Source: a virus
Taxonomy: Duplodnaviria > Caudoviricetes
Virus record (IMG/VR): IMGVR_UViG_3300048839_001124
Span: 1 to 58,385 of that record
Direction: 5' to 3' (one strand)
DNA: 58,385 bases
In this document: positions 44,707-53,728 of the stretch, piece by piece
Layout of the letters: each line of letters opens with the position of its first letter
How positions within the stretch are numbered: the first letter of the stretch is position 1
The notes under the pieces: model-generated
The model's database searches: none
The model's input: only the letters and a program-made list of their open reading frames with translations
Told to the model about the DNA's origin: nothing
Position numbers and translations under genes: made by a program

Positions 44707-47307
44707 TTATTGGGACAAAAATGTGATTGGTATAACTCCGAGGCGATTAGCCAAAACCACTTTAATGGAAATCTCTAAAACTGAGCCATTTAGGTTAATT
44801 TCAAGTTTATCAATAGTTTCAAAGCGTGGGTCTTTAAGAATTAAGCCGCCTATATCTTTTAATAGATTGTTTACATCTATATCTGCTATATTGCGACCTG
44901 GAGTGATACCTATGCCAAAAGTAGGGTCTGTAAGGACACTGCCTCTTTCTGTAAAAAGCTTAATTTTTAATGCTTGAATAAGGTTAGTTAATCCAGCAGC
45001 AAGACGCATATCTCCTTGATTATTAATAGCAATATCAAAATCTTCAGTTAAAAGAATATCGATTTTTGATAAACCTACAATAGTAGAAACTTCTATTCCT
45101 GGTACTTGTCTGGCATAGTCATCAGGCTCAGCAGGTAAATCGGTAGGTATATAAATCTGATCTTGGCTATTAACTGTACCTGGAGTGTAGCCTCTTAAAG
45201 AAGCAGAATCAGACAAAAGCAATACATCTAAATCTGGTAAGCCATCGACAGTTATCAAATAATTGGTGCTTGACCCAATTTGTTCAATAGCCGTAATTTT
45301 ACGACTAAATGCTGGAACGGTTAAGCTAGAAAATTGAATTCTTTGACCAGCAAATAGACCTTCATTAGTGTTTACAATTACTTGGCGACCGTCTCCATTG
45401 GATAATAGTGGATAGCTAAAGCCTTCTTCATCTATATATGGGTCTCTTAAAGCATTTAAAGTGGCTATTTCTATCCACCTATTAACGTCTCCTAGATATC
45501 TTAAAGAAATTTCTTCTAATGATTTGCCGAAAGGTACAGGCACTAATATTTTAGCAGAACTATTGGCTTCAAAAGGTATACCAGCTTCAGCAGCATAATC
45601 TCCAACATACTGTAGAGGATTTACTCTTCTATTTTCATCTACAGCACGAGTGGCTGTAAGAATATCCATTTGAGTAACAGCTTCTATCATAGCAGCCAAT
45701 ACTTCGTTTTCTTCTACTGTCATTTCTGTTAATCTAACTTTTGGAGCGGCGCGGCCTAAAATGGAATTTAAAGTAGCATCATTAGCGCCAAATTCGTTAG
45801 AAATATCTAGTGCTAAATTATAAATAGTAGAACGTATATCTCTTAAATCATCAATATTATAGTTTCGTACTCTATCTATTTCATTTTCAAAACTTAGTCT
45901 TTGTTCATCCGTTAAAGGCACTTCATCCATATCTAATTTTTCAAATAAAGTAAAAGCACTTTCTGGATTATTGAACATATTGTAGGCTGGGTCTGATTCT
46001 ATATTATTACTTAAAGCCTTACTATTAGCCTGAACGCTAGACAATGATCTAGACTCAAACTTTCCAGAAGTCTTTACTAAGCCAAGAGTTAAGGTCTTAA
46101 TTAAACCATCACCCAAATTAGCTAAACCTTCAGAAGTGTTCTGAATAGCCTCAGAAATGCCAGACTGGTAGTCTTTAACAATTTGTCTAGGCAACTCAGA
46201 CGCCGCTTGAGCTACTCCGCCAAGGTCTTTAACAAAAAGAGAAGCTTCTCTAAGAGCATTAAGTGGTTTTTGAAAGTCAGAACGAACCGCTTTAATCAAA
46301 TTAAGAGAATTTTGAGCAGCAATGCGAGCCTGTCTAATACCTTCAAGAATATTTTTGTAAGTATTAGTGTCTAAGCCTGGTATTTGCGGAGGTATCCCAG
46401 ACTCTGTTTTTTCTAAATTTATGCGCTTCCAAGCTCTAAGTTGAAGATTATACATTTCTTCGGTCGGCTTGTTAGCGTTTTTATATATATTAAGAGATAC
46501 TGGAGTAACTACAAAGCTTTGATTATCTTTTGGAACATCAAAAACTAATCTCCAACCACTATTTCTTGGGTCTTTTTTAGCTATGGCGTATTGTTCAAGA
46601 AATTGATCTAAAAGCTTTGCGTTATAATAGCCAGTTTCGGTTAAAAATTCTGGTTCAGCAGGCTTTGGAGTGTTATAGGGTGATTGGCCTGTAAAAGCTT
46701 TTACTGTTTTTCTGACAGAATCTGCTAATCTTCCAAGGGCGGCTGTAGTACCACTTATTAACGACTGAATGCTTGTTTCTGTAGCTGGTCGATCAAATTG
46801 AGGTCTGGTTGGCCAAATGCCAAAAGTACCTTGCATACTAATAGTTTTAAATCTCAATCCACCATGCTCTTCGATTATGCCTCTAAGAGTAGGAGTTGTT
46901 GTTATAGCATAGTCAGATACAAAGCTAATCTGCTGTGGAGTTATAGGCAATCGGAATTCCCATTTAGATTGATACTGAACTATAATATTGCCACTATCTA
47001 CTTGAGACCTATACTCTATAGCATTTGCGCCTGAATCGGCTCCTGGCCCAACTATTTTGTTATTGTTTTTAACATCAATAACTAAAAGCCTATATGGATA
47101 AATTCTATTCCATCTGCGACCATCAATCTCCGCTGGAGCAAAAAAAGCATCTTTTTGGTTTTTCCAAGGCAGCTCTCCACCAAAAGCGATAGTTTTTGAT
47201 GATGGGTCAGCACCTACGCCTATGGCTTTCTTAATAGCAGAAGAAGCTTCTTTGCCTGCTTGATTTAACTTTTTACCTAAACTATCTAAAAGACTTTCTT
47301 TACCCAT
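44707..47307 (-). CDS. Multidomain baseplate protein (tube-initiator-like N-terminus, LysM-like domain, gp25-like C-terminus)
   Basis: LPITPQQI...TLRGIIEEH; SLEEISLRYLGDVNRWIEIATLN (LysM-like); NLIQALKIKLFTERGSVLTDPTFG (gp25/W). Confidence 0.7.
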   Translation of the reverse strand: MGKESLLDSLGKKLNQAGKEASSAIKKAIGVGADPSSKTIAFGGELPWKNQKDAFFAPAEIDGRRWNRIYPYRLLVIDVKNNNKIVGPGADSGANAIEYRSQVDSGNIIVQYQSKWEFRLPITPQQISFVSDYAITTTPTLRGIIEEHGGLRFKTISMQGTFGIWPTRPQFDRPATETSIQSLISGTTAALGRLADSVRKTVKAFTGQSPYNTPKPAEPEFLTETGYYNAKLLDQFLEQYAIAKKDPRNSGWRLVFDVPKDNQSFVVTPVSLNIYKNANKPTEEMYNLQLRAWKRINLEKTESGIPPQIPGLDTNTYKNILEGIRQARIAAQNSLNLIKAVRSDFQKPLNALREASLFVKDLGGVAQAASELPRQIVKDYQSGISEAIQNTSEGLANLGDGLIKTLTLGLVKTSGKFESRSLSSVQANSKALSNNIESDPAYNMFNNPESAFTLFEKLDMDEVPLTDEQRLSFENEIDRVRNYNIDDLRDIRSTIYNLALDISNEFGANDATLNSILGRAAPKVRLTEMTVEENEVLAAMIEAVTQMDILTATRAVDENRRVNPLQYVGDYAAEAGIPFEANSSAKILVPVPFGKSLEEISLRYLGDVNRWIEIATLNALRDPYIDEEGFSYPLLSNGDGRQVIVNTNEGLFAGQRIQFSSLTVPAFSRKITAIEQIGSSTNYLITVDGLPDLDVLLLSDSASLRGYTPGTVNSQDQIYIPTDLPAEPDDYARQVPGIEVSTIVGLSKIDILLTEDFDIAINNQGDMRLAAGLTNLIQALKIKLFTERGSVLTDPTFGIGITPGRNIADIDVNNLLKDIGGLILKDPRFETIDKLEINLNGSVLEISIKVVLANRLGVIPITFLSQ

Positions 47308-47356
47308 ATATAAAAGATTACAGTTTACCTAAAAGCCTTGATATTAATTCTTTTCT

Positions 47357-47962
47357 ATGAAAAGGTTGATAATTTTTATATTCATATCGTTATTAATAAG
47401 TTTAAAACCATCAAAGGTAAATTTAGATAAAACAAATAATGATCTTTTTCCATATATTATAGAATTTTCTAAAAACACTAATAATTATATATCTTTAGAA
47501 GAAATAAATAAATATTTAGATTTTGAATATGACACTCTTGGCTACACTAGTAATGTTTTAGAGGAAAAGGGCACCATAGGCCAATGTATGATACCCTTTT
47601 TTGAAACTAAAGGCAAAATAACTATAGACCCTAACTATTGGGAAAAAGCTTCTGAATATAGTAAAAAAGGCCTTATTTTGCATGAAATGGCTCATTGTGC
47701 TTGCAGCGTTGGGCATACAGTAGAAATTTATGAATTAGAAACTCATTGGCTTATAAAATTTTTGCATAAATTTGGAATAAAAACAGCTAGAGACCGAGTT
47801 CATTATAGAGATGATGGTTGCGCTAAAAGCATTATGTTTCCTTATATACCTAGCAATTATTGTATAGAAAAGCATTGGAATGAATACGTAGAAGAAGTAA
47901 ATAAAAAATGCCGACCTTGGTCTTTAACTTCAGATAATATTTTTAATAGGCCTAAAAAATAA
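47357..47962 (+). CDS. Exported/anchored zincin metalloprotease
   Basis: N-terminal hydrophobic signal; LILHEMAHCACSVGH (HExxHxxxxxxH); SIMFP Met-turn. Confidence 0.75.
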   Translation: MKRLIIFIFISLLISLKPSKVNLDKTNNDLFPYIIEFSKNTNNYISLEEINKYLDFEYDTLGYTSNVLEEKGTIGQCMIPFFETKGKITIDPNYWEKASEYSKKGLILHEMAHCACSVGHTVEIYELETHWLIKFLHKFGIKTARDRVHYRDDGCAKSIMFPYIPSNYCIEKHWNEYVEEVNKKCRPWSLTSDNIFNRPKK

Positions 47963-47963
47963 A

Positions 47964-49280
47964 TTAAAGAAGCTTATATACTCTACCAAGCTCAGATTCT
48001 CTGTATGACTGAGAAATTTGTTTATCAACAGTTATCATAGTGCCGTTTATAGCTTGAATAGTTAAAGGTATTTCAGGCTGAGTTTCAGTTATTAAATAAA
48101 CTTGATTGCCAACAGCCAACCCTGTTACATCTTTTAAATGAAGAGTGTTGGTTCCATTAGCTGGAGCTTTCATTAAAGAAACTGTCATTACACCTTGATA
48201 AACAATGATGGCATCTTCTTTATTTTTTTTAAATTGATTTAATGCTTCTATACTTTTATCTGCACTAATAAGGGCTGATAAACTTCCACCCATTGCATGA
48301 AGACGAAGATTTATAGCATAAGCCCTATCTAAATAAAAGCCTGAACCGCCTGTGATGTCGCCTGTAATTGAGCTTTGAGTTACAGTGCCCAAATAACCAG
48401 ACACTTCTGCTATTCTGGTTGTAACTTGAGAAGTTCTATTAGTTATAATTGTTTTAAATGCGTTAAGTTGAGTAGTATAACCCTTAGTAGGAGCTAATAG
48501 AGCTGCATTGTATCCATTAAAGCCAGCACATGTTGTTTGACCATGGCTTGTATTAAAGTTTGGATACGCAAGCCAAACAGCTATGCCAGACAAAGCGGTA
48601 TTTATGCTAGTTTGTTCTGTATTTTTTGCTGTTATACGGCCTGCATTCGTGTCTACAGCCACTATGTCGGCTAAAGCAGTTAAAGAACTATTTAAATTAG
48701 TTTGCCATTGAGTAGCTTTTGTTACCAAAGTTGTCATAGCGGTCTGAACGGTAGCATAAGCAGCAACTACATCTGGAGTGCCTGCTGTACAAGATTGGCC
48801 AGTAGTTCTTTGAATTAAAGTTGCTGCTTCAAGAATAGCTATTTGAGCATTCATATCTGTTATGAGTTGTTGTTCATTAGGACTTACTAAACCATAAACT
48901 TCTAATTTTTGCTTTCCTATGCCGTAGCTACCAAAGAAAGGACCAAAAAATTTCCATGCTCCATCTGGGACTGAAGGCAATGGAACATTTGATTCATTTG
49001 GAAATAAAAAGTTTCCAATCTTTCTTTTAGCTGCGTCTTGTTGAACGGTTTCTGTTAACAAGCTATGAAGATTTCCATTTTTTAAACCAAGTTCTACTTG
49101 ATATGGATCAATAAGAACAGTAACTCTATCTACTAAACCTTTGTTGGCTAAATCTTTTTTTTCTAATTCAGTACGCGCTATCAAAATTTGAGCTCTATTA
49201 GCCTCAATTTGAGCTATCTCTGCTGGAGCAGCAGCAAAAGCCTTAGATATTGCTATGCGATCATCTTGAGATAGTGCCAT
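47964..49280 (-). CDS. Putative virion structural protein
   Basis: 438-aa A/T/Q-rich helical protein with C-terminal VTGLAVGNQVYL barrel; in the baseplate operon. Confidence 0.5.
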   Translation of the reverse strand: MALSQDDRIAISKAFAAAPAEIAQIEANRAQILIARTELEKKDLANKGLVDRVTVLIDPYQVELGLKNGNLHSLLTETVQQDAAKRKIGNFLFPNESNVPLPSVPDGAWKFFGPFFGSYGIGKQKLEVYGLVSPNEQQLITDMNAQIAILEAATLIQRTTGQSCTAGTPDVVAAYATVQTAMTTLVTKATQWQTNLNSSLTALADIVAVDTNAGRITAKNTEQTSINTALSGIAVWLAYPNFNTSHGQTTCAGFNGYNAALLAPTKGYTTQLNAFKTIITNRTSQVTTRIAEVSGYLGTVTQSSITGDITGGSGFYLDRAYAINLRLHAMGGSLSALISADKSIEALNQFKKNKEDAIIVYQGVMTVSLMKAPANGTNTLHLKDVTGLAVGNQVYLITETQPEIPLTIQAINGTMITVDKQISQSYRESELGRVYKLL

Positions 49281-49281
49281 A

Positions 49282-49548
49282 CTAATTTAAACTAATTTCC
49301 TTTACTTCTAAAGTGGCTAATTTCCACTCTATTACTGCTATTTCTTTATCTTCTGACTTTGGTAAGCCTTCTAATTTAGCTTTTAATTTTTTTTCTATAT
49401 TAGATCTAACCATTTCAGCTTCTTCTATAGTAAATCTATGAATATCGTTAATGCTGATATGGCTTTTACCACACAGCACAACGTAATTTCTAAATTCATC
49501 CATAGCGTCATCGGACATTATATACCCATTAATTGAAAAGCTAGCCAA
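49282..49548 (-). CDS. Hypothetical protein
   Basis: ORF track; true start may be the internal Met (MSDDAM). Confidence 0.5.
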   Translation of the reverse strand: MASFSINGYIMSDDAMDEFRNYVVLCGKSHISINDIHRFTIEEAEMVRSNIEKKLKAKLEGLPKSEDKEIAVIEWKLATLEVKEISLN

Positions 49549-50066
49549 AAAGCCATATACATAGTAAAATCAAATAAAACATGGAGCATCATCATAGAGC
49601 CTAAGCCATGCTTCTTACCTACATTATAAGAAATAATAGGATAAACAAATACGGTTAATCCAACCCAACCTTGATATAAATGACCTAATGTAAAGTGAGC
49701 TATAAATAAAGAAAATACTGTATAGAAAGTGGCTTTGGCTATTTTCTTTCGTTTACTTTCATTCATTTTTTCTAAATACAAAGATATAATCATAAATGGT
49801 AAAACGTAAAAACAATCTTCCCACCACGCCGCCAATAAATGATTGGCTGGTATCATGTCAAATACTTGAATAGTTTTTGCCCAAGCGTCTGGGAAATATT
49901 TTGGCAAAGCCCACGCAGCAACGGCTGTTTTAGCAAAATTGATTGCAGTAATTATTGCACCAAAAAGAATAACAAACTTTCTATCGACTTTTACTAAGTC
50001 AGGATACTTTATGTAAGCCAAAACAAACATTAAAAAAGCTATTATAATTTGTAAATCGTGAATCAT
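49518..50066 (-). CDS. CPBP (CAAX/Abi-family) intramembrane metalloprotease-like protein
   Basis: Multiple TM segments; WWEDCFY (EExxxR-like), FTLGHLYQG (FxxxH), LHVLFD (HxxxB); CAGGAG RBS. Confidence 0.7.
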   Translation of the reverse strand: MIHDLQIIIAFLMFVLAYIKYPDLVKVDRKFVILFGAIITAINFAKTAVAAWALPKYFPDAWAKTIQVFDMIPANHLLAAWWEDCFYVLPFMIISLYLEKMNESKRKKIAKATFYTVFSLFIAHFTLGHLYQGWVGLTVFVYPIISYNVGKKHGLGSMMMLHVLFDFTMYMAFWLAFQLMGI

Positions 50067-50782
50067 AGTTTCTCCTGAACATATAAGAGTATTTTCTTTA
50101 TATGCTCTATAAAATTTTCTTTAGTGTAACTGCTTTTCATTTCATTACACCTTCCACAACAAGGAGTTGAGTTTTCAATAGTATAGCTTTTAGTACTATC
50201 TATTCTATCTATTCCTTTGCTGCTTTCTATACCACAATAAGTACAGGGCTTATTTATAAGATTGCTAAATTCTTGAAAAGAAAGCAACATTTTTATACCC
50301 CTGCCTAGGCGACCTCTTCTATTACAGTCATGCTTGTATCTAGAATATATACCCTTATCAGAGGATTTATATTTTTTTCTAATACTTACATTAGTTAAGT
50401 ATTTGGTATCTTTTTTGCATTCTTTGCAGATCTTTCCTTGAAAATTCAATTGATTCCAAGTAGTTTGGGTAATATGATTATTTTCACATTTTAAATTTAT
50501 CTTTTCAAAAGTTCCTTTATAGGGCGTTAATAGAGTGTAGCCCTTTTCGCTAATAAGAGTTTCTATTTCTTCATTTGTTTTCTTTCTAGTAGGGTTACAA
50601 ATATTACATCTAACCCCTTTCCCTTTTCTGGAAAAATATTTAAAAGCAATGAAGCAATTATGGTTTTTGGGACAAATCATAGAAAGCTTTTCAAGCTGGC
50701 TATGATAGGTTGTAGACAAAAGCTTATAGTTTTCTTTTTCTATATATGTTTTTACCGATTCGTAATCGTGTTTTTTAGGCAT
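50063..50782 (-). CDS. HNH-family endonuclease with N-terminal Zn-finger repeats
   Basis: Two GY/NYxLL...CxxxH...CxxC repeats; CTYCG...GIDRIDS...ENSTPCCGRCNEMK. Confidence 0.85.
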   Translation of the reverse strand: MPKKHDYESVKTYIEKENYKLLSTTYHSQLEKLSMICPKNHNCFIAFKYFSRKGKGVRCNICNPTRKKTNEEIETLISEKGYTLLTPYKGTFEKINLKCENNHITQTTWNQLNFQGKICKECKKDTKYLTNVSIRKKYKSSDKGIYSRYKHDCNRRGRLGRGIKMLLSFQEFSNLINKPCTYCGIESSKGIDRIDSTKSYTIENSTPCCGRCNEMKSSYTKENFIEHIKKILLYVQEKL

Positions 50783-50810
50783 AATTAAAGATTAGGTATC
50801 GGGAATTTGG

Positions 50811-51872
50811 CTAAGAAGAAATAAATACTTTAGAAGAGAAAGGCCCGATAGCTTGGCTAATTACAGGTTGGCCAAACGCACCAATACCAAGAAACATAGT
50901 TTGTAAAGTTAAAGCTGGTGTTCCACCTGCTCCACCAACAAAAGTTGGCCCATCTAAAGTAATAGAGGCCGCCTTAATACTTGCTACGCCAGAAATTTTA
51001 GCCATTAATGAAGCTGCTTTAATATCTGCTGGACCTTGGCTATCTACTTTTAAATCTTTTACTTTAATTGTAGCCGAACCTTGAGCTTCTATTAGAAGAT
51101 TTTTAGCTATTTTAACGTTCATTGCTGCGCCAACTACTACATCTAATTGAGTGCCAACATTTATGCCTGTTTCTTTACCAGACTGAATAACAGTCGTTTC
51201 TTTAGTTTTGTCAAAAGCTATGCGTTCTTTTTTACCATCAGAAACTTCTACTGAACCATCTTTTTTAATTTTAATAAATGAGCCGCTTACTTTAGAATTT
51301 TTTGCTTTTCCAGTATGATCTGTTGCACCTTTGAAAGAAATAGTAAGAGCTCCATCCTTATCTACTTCTAAGCCTAATCCATTAAACTCAGCTATCATTG
51401 CGTGACCAGCATCTTTAGTAAGTTTGCTTTTACGCTTAGGATGCTTCATTCCACCAATGATGATAGCATTTTCATTATTACCATTTAAGCAAAGTAAAAG
51501 AACTACTGAACCATCTTGATAGCGAGCAATCTTATCTCCATCTTTTTCACGTTTTTCAACTTTATCTTGTTTGCGAACTCTAAACTCCATAAAATCTGCT
51601 AATCCACCAAACATATCTAAATGCGTACAATTTTTATATGTAATAGGAGTTTGAGCAGATTGTTCTCGTTGTTCATAAACTAATACATCATATTCTGTTG
51701 TTTCTTTGGTTATATTATTTGCAGAATCAATGTCGTAAGCTTCTTTAACTATACCAACTTTTAAAGAAAAATTATTAAAAGTAGAATTAAATGCAACCAT
51801 TTTATCATCGTCGCCAATAGCATCTAAAAGTCCACTAGGTAAAAAAGAACCACTAGGCAATCTGTGTTTCAT
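50811..51872 (-). CDS. Baseplate central spike (gpV/gp5-like)
   Basis: OB fold (GSVVLLLCLNG...AIIIG) followed by beta-strand repeats (SFIKIKKDGSVEV...). Confidence 0.7.
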   Translation of the reverse strand: MKHRLPSGSFLPSGLLDAIGDDDKMVAFNSTFNNFSLKVGIVKEAYDIDSANNITKETTEYDVLVYEQREQSAQTPITYKNCTHLDMFGGLADFMEFRVRKQDKVEKREKDGDKIARYQDGSVVLLLCLNGNNENAIIIGGMKHPKRKSKLTKDAGHAMIAEFNGLGLEVDKDGALTISFKGATDHTGKAKNSKVSGSFIKIKKDGSVEVSDGKKERIAFDKTKETTVIQSGKETGINVGTQLDVVVGAAMNVKIAKNLLIEAQGSATIKVKDLKVDSQGPADIKAASLMAKISGVASIKAASITLDGPTFVGGAGGTPALTLQTMFLGIGAFGQPVISQAIGPFSSKVFISS

Positions 51873-53728
51873 TATGGTTTCCTTTTATTAGTTAATTTTG
51901 TACCAGATGCTTTAGGTTTGTCTTTTGGCGGTAAAGTTGCATCAAAGGGTATTTCTGCATTTGGAGCGGTTTTTTCAGCATTAGACCTGTTAGAAGCTAA
52001 AGGTAAATCTTGGCTATCTGAAACGCCTGGGTCATTAATTTCTGTATCTTTATTTTTTAATTTAAATATTCTTTGTAAATCTGCGTCTGTATGAATCATT
52101 TCAGCAAATTCAGTTAAGCCAGAATTTTCTTCTATAGACACTCCACTGCTTAATTGCAAAATAGTTCTATATATTCTTTCGCCTTTACCGCCAATTTTGC
52201 AAGTGTGTTGTACGCCTTCTATATGATAAATAATACCATCAAACTCACAATTATCACCTACTGCTATTGGTCTAGATTGGCCTATCATAGTTATAGAGCC
52301 ACTCATTTTCATGTGGCCTCCTATAACCCAATCGCCTAAAAGTTGAGCCCATAGTGGCGCTTGAGATAAACGAGAGTTTGTATCTGAACCAGCATAATCA
52401 AAATTTGAATTTGTAATTAATGGGCGTAAACCATTTCGTTTAATATCTTCTCTGTCAATAGCATAATTGCCCATAGCTATTTGCTGATCAATGTCTGCGT
52501 TTGATCCACCCATAAGGCTTTGGCTGCGACCAAACACTTGAACAAAGTTTATTCTGGCTGCATCATCTCTTCCAGTATGAAAATCAGTAACTTGAGCTGG
52601 ATCAATAATCCATCTTGGCAAACTTCTAAAAGGAGTAGCTAACACGTTTGGATTTTTCTTTACGTATCTATCAGTAGTAAAAGGTTTTTGACGAATAGTC
52701 AAGGTAGGCATTATAAAACCTGTTTGATAATCAAACTTAAAAGATGTATACATTTCATTAACTACATTATTAAGATAACTATTTAAAATATCCCATACTC
52801 TTATTTGGTTCCAATATTCTGGCTTAGCATAACTTACTCCACGAACTTTGGCATTGGTAGTATATATTCTTCCATTAGCTTTTAAATTAGAAGGATTAAT
52901 CAAGTCGCCTGGAGCATCTTTTTTCTGAGTAGATTTGTAGCTTTGAATGCCACACATTAAATTAACAATGTCAGCTGCATGTTTGGCGTTTTTGTGACCA
53001 AGAAGTCTTCCTAAGCCTTTAGGTAAAAGATATAAATTATTTTCAGTTCTTTTTAATCCACCTTTTAGTGTTCTGCCTTTTTCATCAAAGCCACGACCTA
53101 AAAATACTTGAAATAAAAGAATCATTAGATCTTGTACACTATTGTTGTTGTTTTTTAAACCAATAATTTTATTCCATTGAGTAGATAGTTGGGTCAAAAA
53201 TAATACATCATTAGATTTTTCAGCAGCAGTAACTAAGTATGGATTAAAATAAATTACATCATTTAACTCAACAAAAGAATAACCAGTTATTTGGGTAGCT
53301 GCTATTTTTTGACCATTTGGCCCAACAACTAAAGTTTTATGAACAGATTGTACTCTAAATACACCTTTAAAACCATCTTCAGCATTATTAATATTTTCTG
53401 GCCCAGCGCCTTTATCTCCTAAAATTCTTTTATATATTTCTAAAGACTTTTCTTCACTATAGTTTATATTAACTGTAAAATAGTCTCCTGGGCTTATGGC
53501 TGTTAAATAATTTATGTCACCTAATTTAAACACCATTTGCACAGAACCGTTTGGGCTACTTTTGGAATCATTAACGCTCAATTCAATACAATCATTAATT
53601 ACAACTAAAGGCTTTCTTACATCTGAAGCTGACCCAAAAGAATTACCCAAAACGTTAGGTGCCCTATTCTGAAACCTCAGAAAAGTAACGACCCACGATG
53701 GATTGATTGTAAATTCTTGATCAGTCAT
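51872..53728 (-). CDS. Baseplate hub protein (gp27/gpD-like)
   Basis: Between the tape measure and spike genes; C-terminal SGSITMIG...IAVGD...YHIEGVQH...TILQLSSG hub motif. Confidence 0.7.
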   Translation of the reverse strand: MTDQEFTINPSWVVTFLRFQNRAPNVLGNSFGSASDVRKPLVVINDCIELSVNDSKSSPNGSVQMVFKLGDINYLTAISPGDYFTVNINYSEEKSLEIYKRILGDKGAGPENINNAEDGFKGVFRVQSVHKTLVVGPNGQKIAATQITGYSFVELNDVIYFNPYLVTAAEKSNDVLFLTQLSTQWNKIIGLKNNNNSVQDLMILLFQVFLGRGFDEKGRTLKGGLKRTENNLYLLPKGLGRLLGHKNAKHAADIVNLMCGIQSYKSTQKKDAPGDLINPSNLKANGRIYTTNAKVRGVSYAKPEYWNQIRVWDILNSYLNNVVNEMYTSFKFDYQTGFIMPTLTIRQKPFTTDRYVKKNPNVLATPFRSLPRWIIDPAQVTDFHTGRDDAARINFVQVFGRSQSLMGGSNADIDQQIAMGNYAIDREDIKRNGLRPLITNSNFDYAGSDTNSRLSQAPLWAQLLGDWVIGGHMKMSGSITMIGQSRPIAVGDNCEFDGIIYHIEGVQHTCKIGGKGERIYRTILQLSSGVSIEENSGLTEFAEMIHTDADLQRIFKLKNKDTEINDPGVSDSQDLPLASNRSNAEKTAPNAEIPFDATLPPKDKPKASGTKLTNKRKP

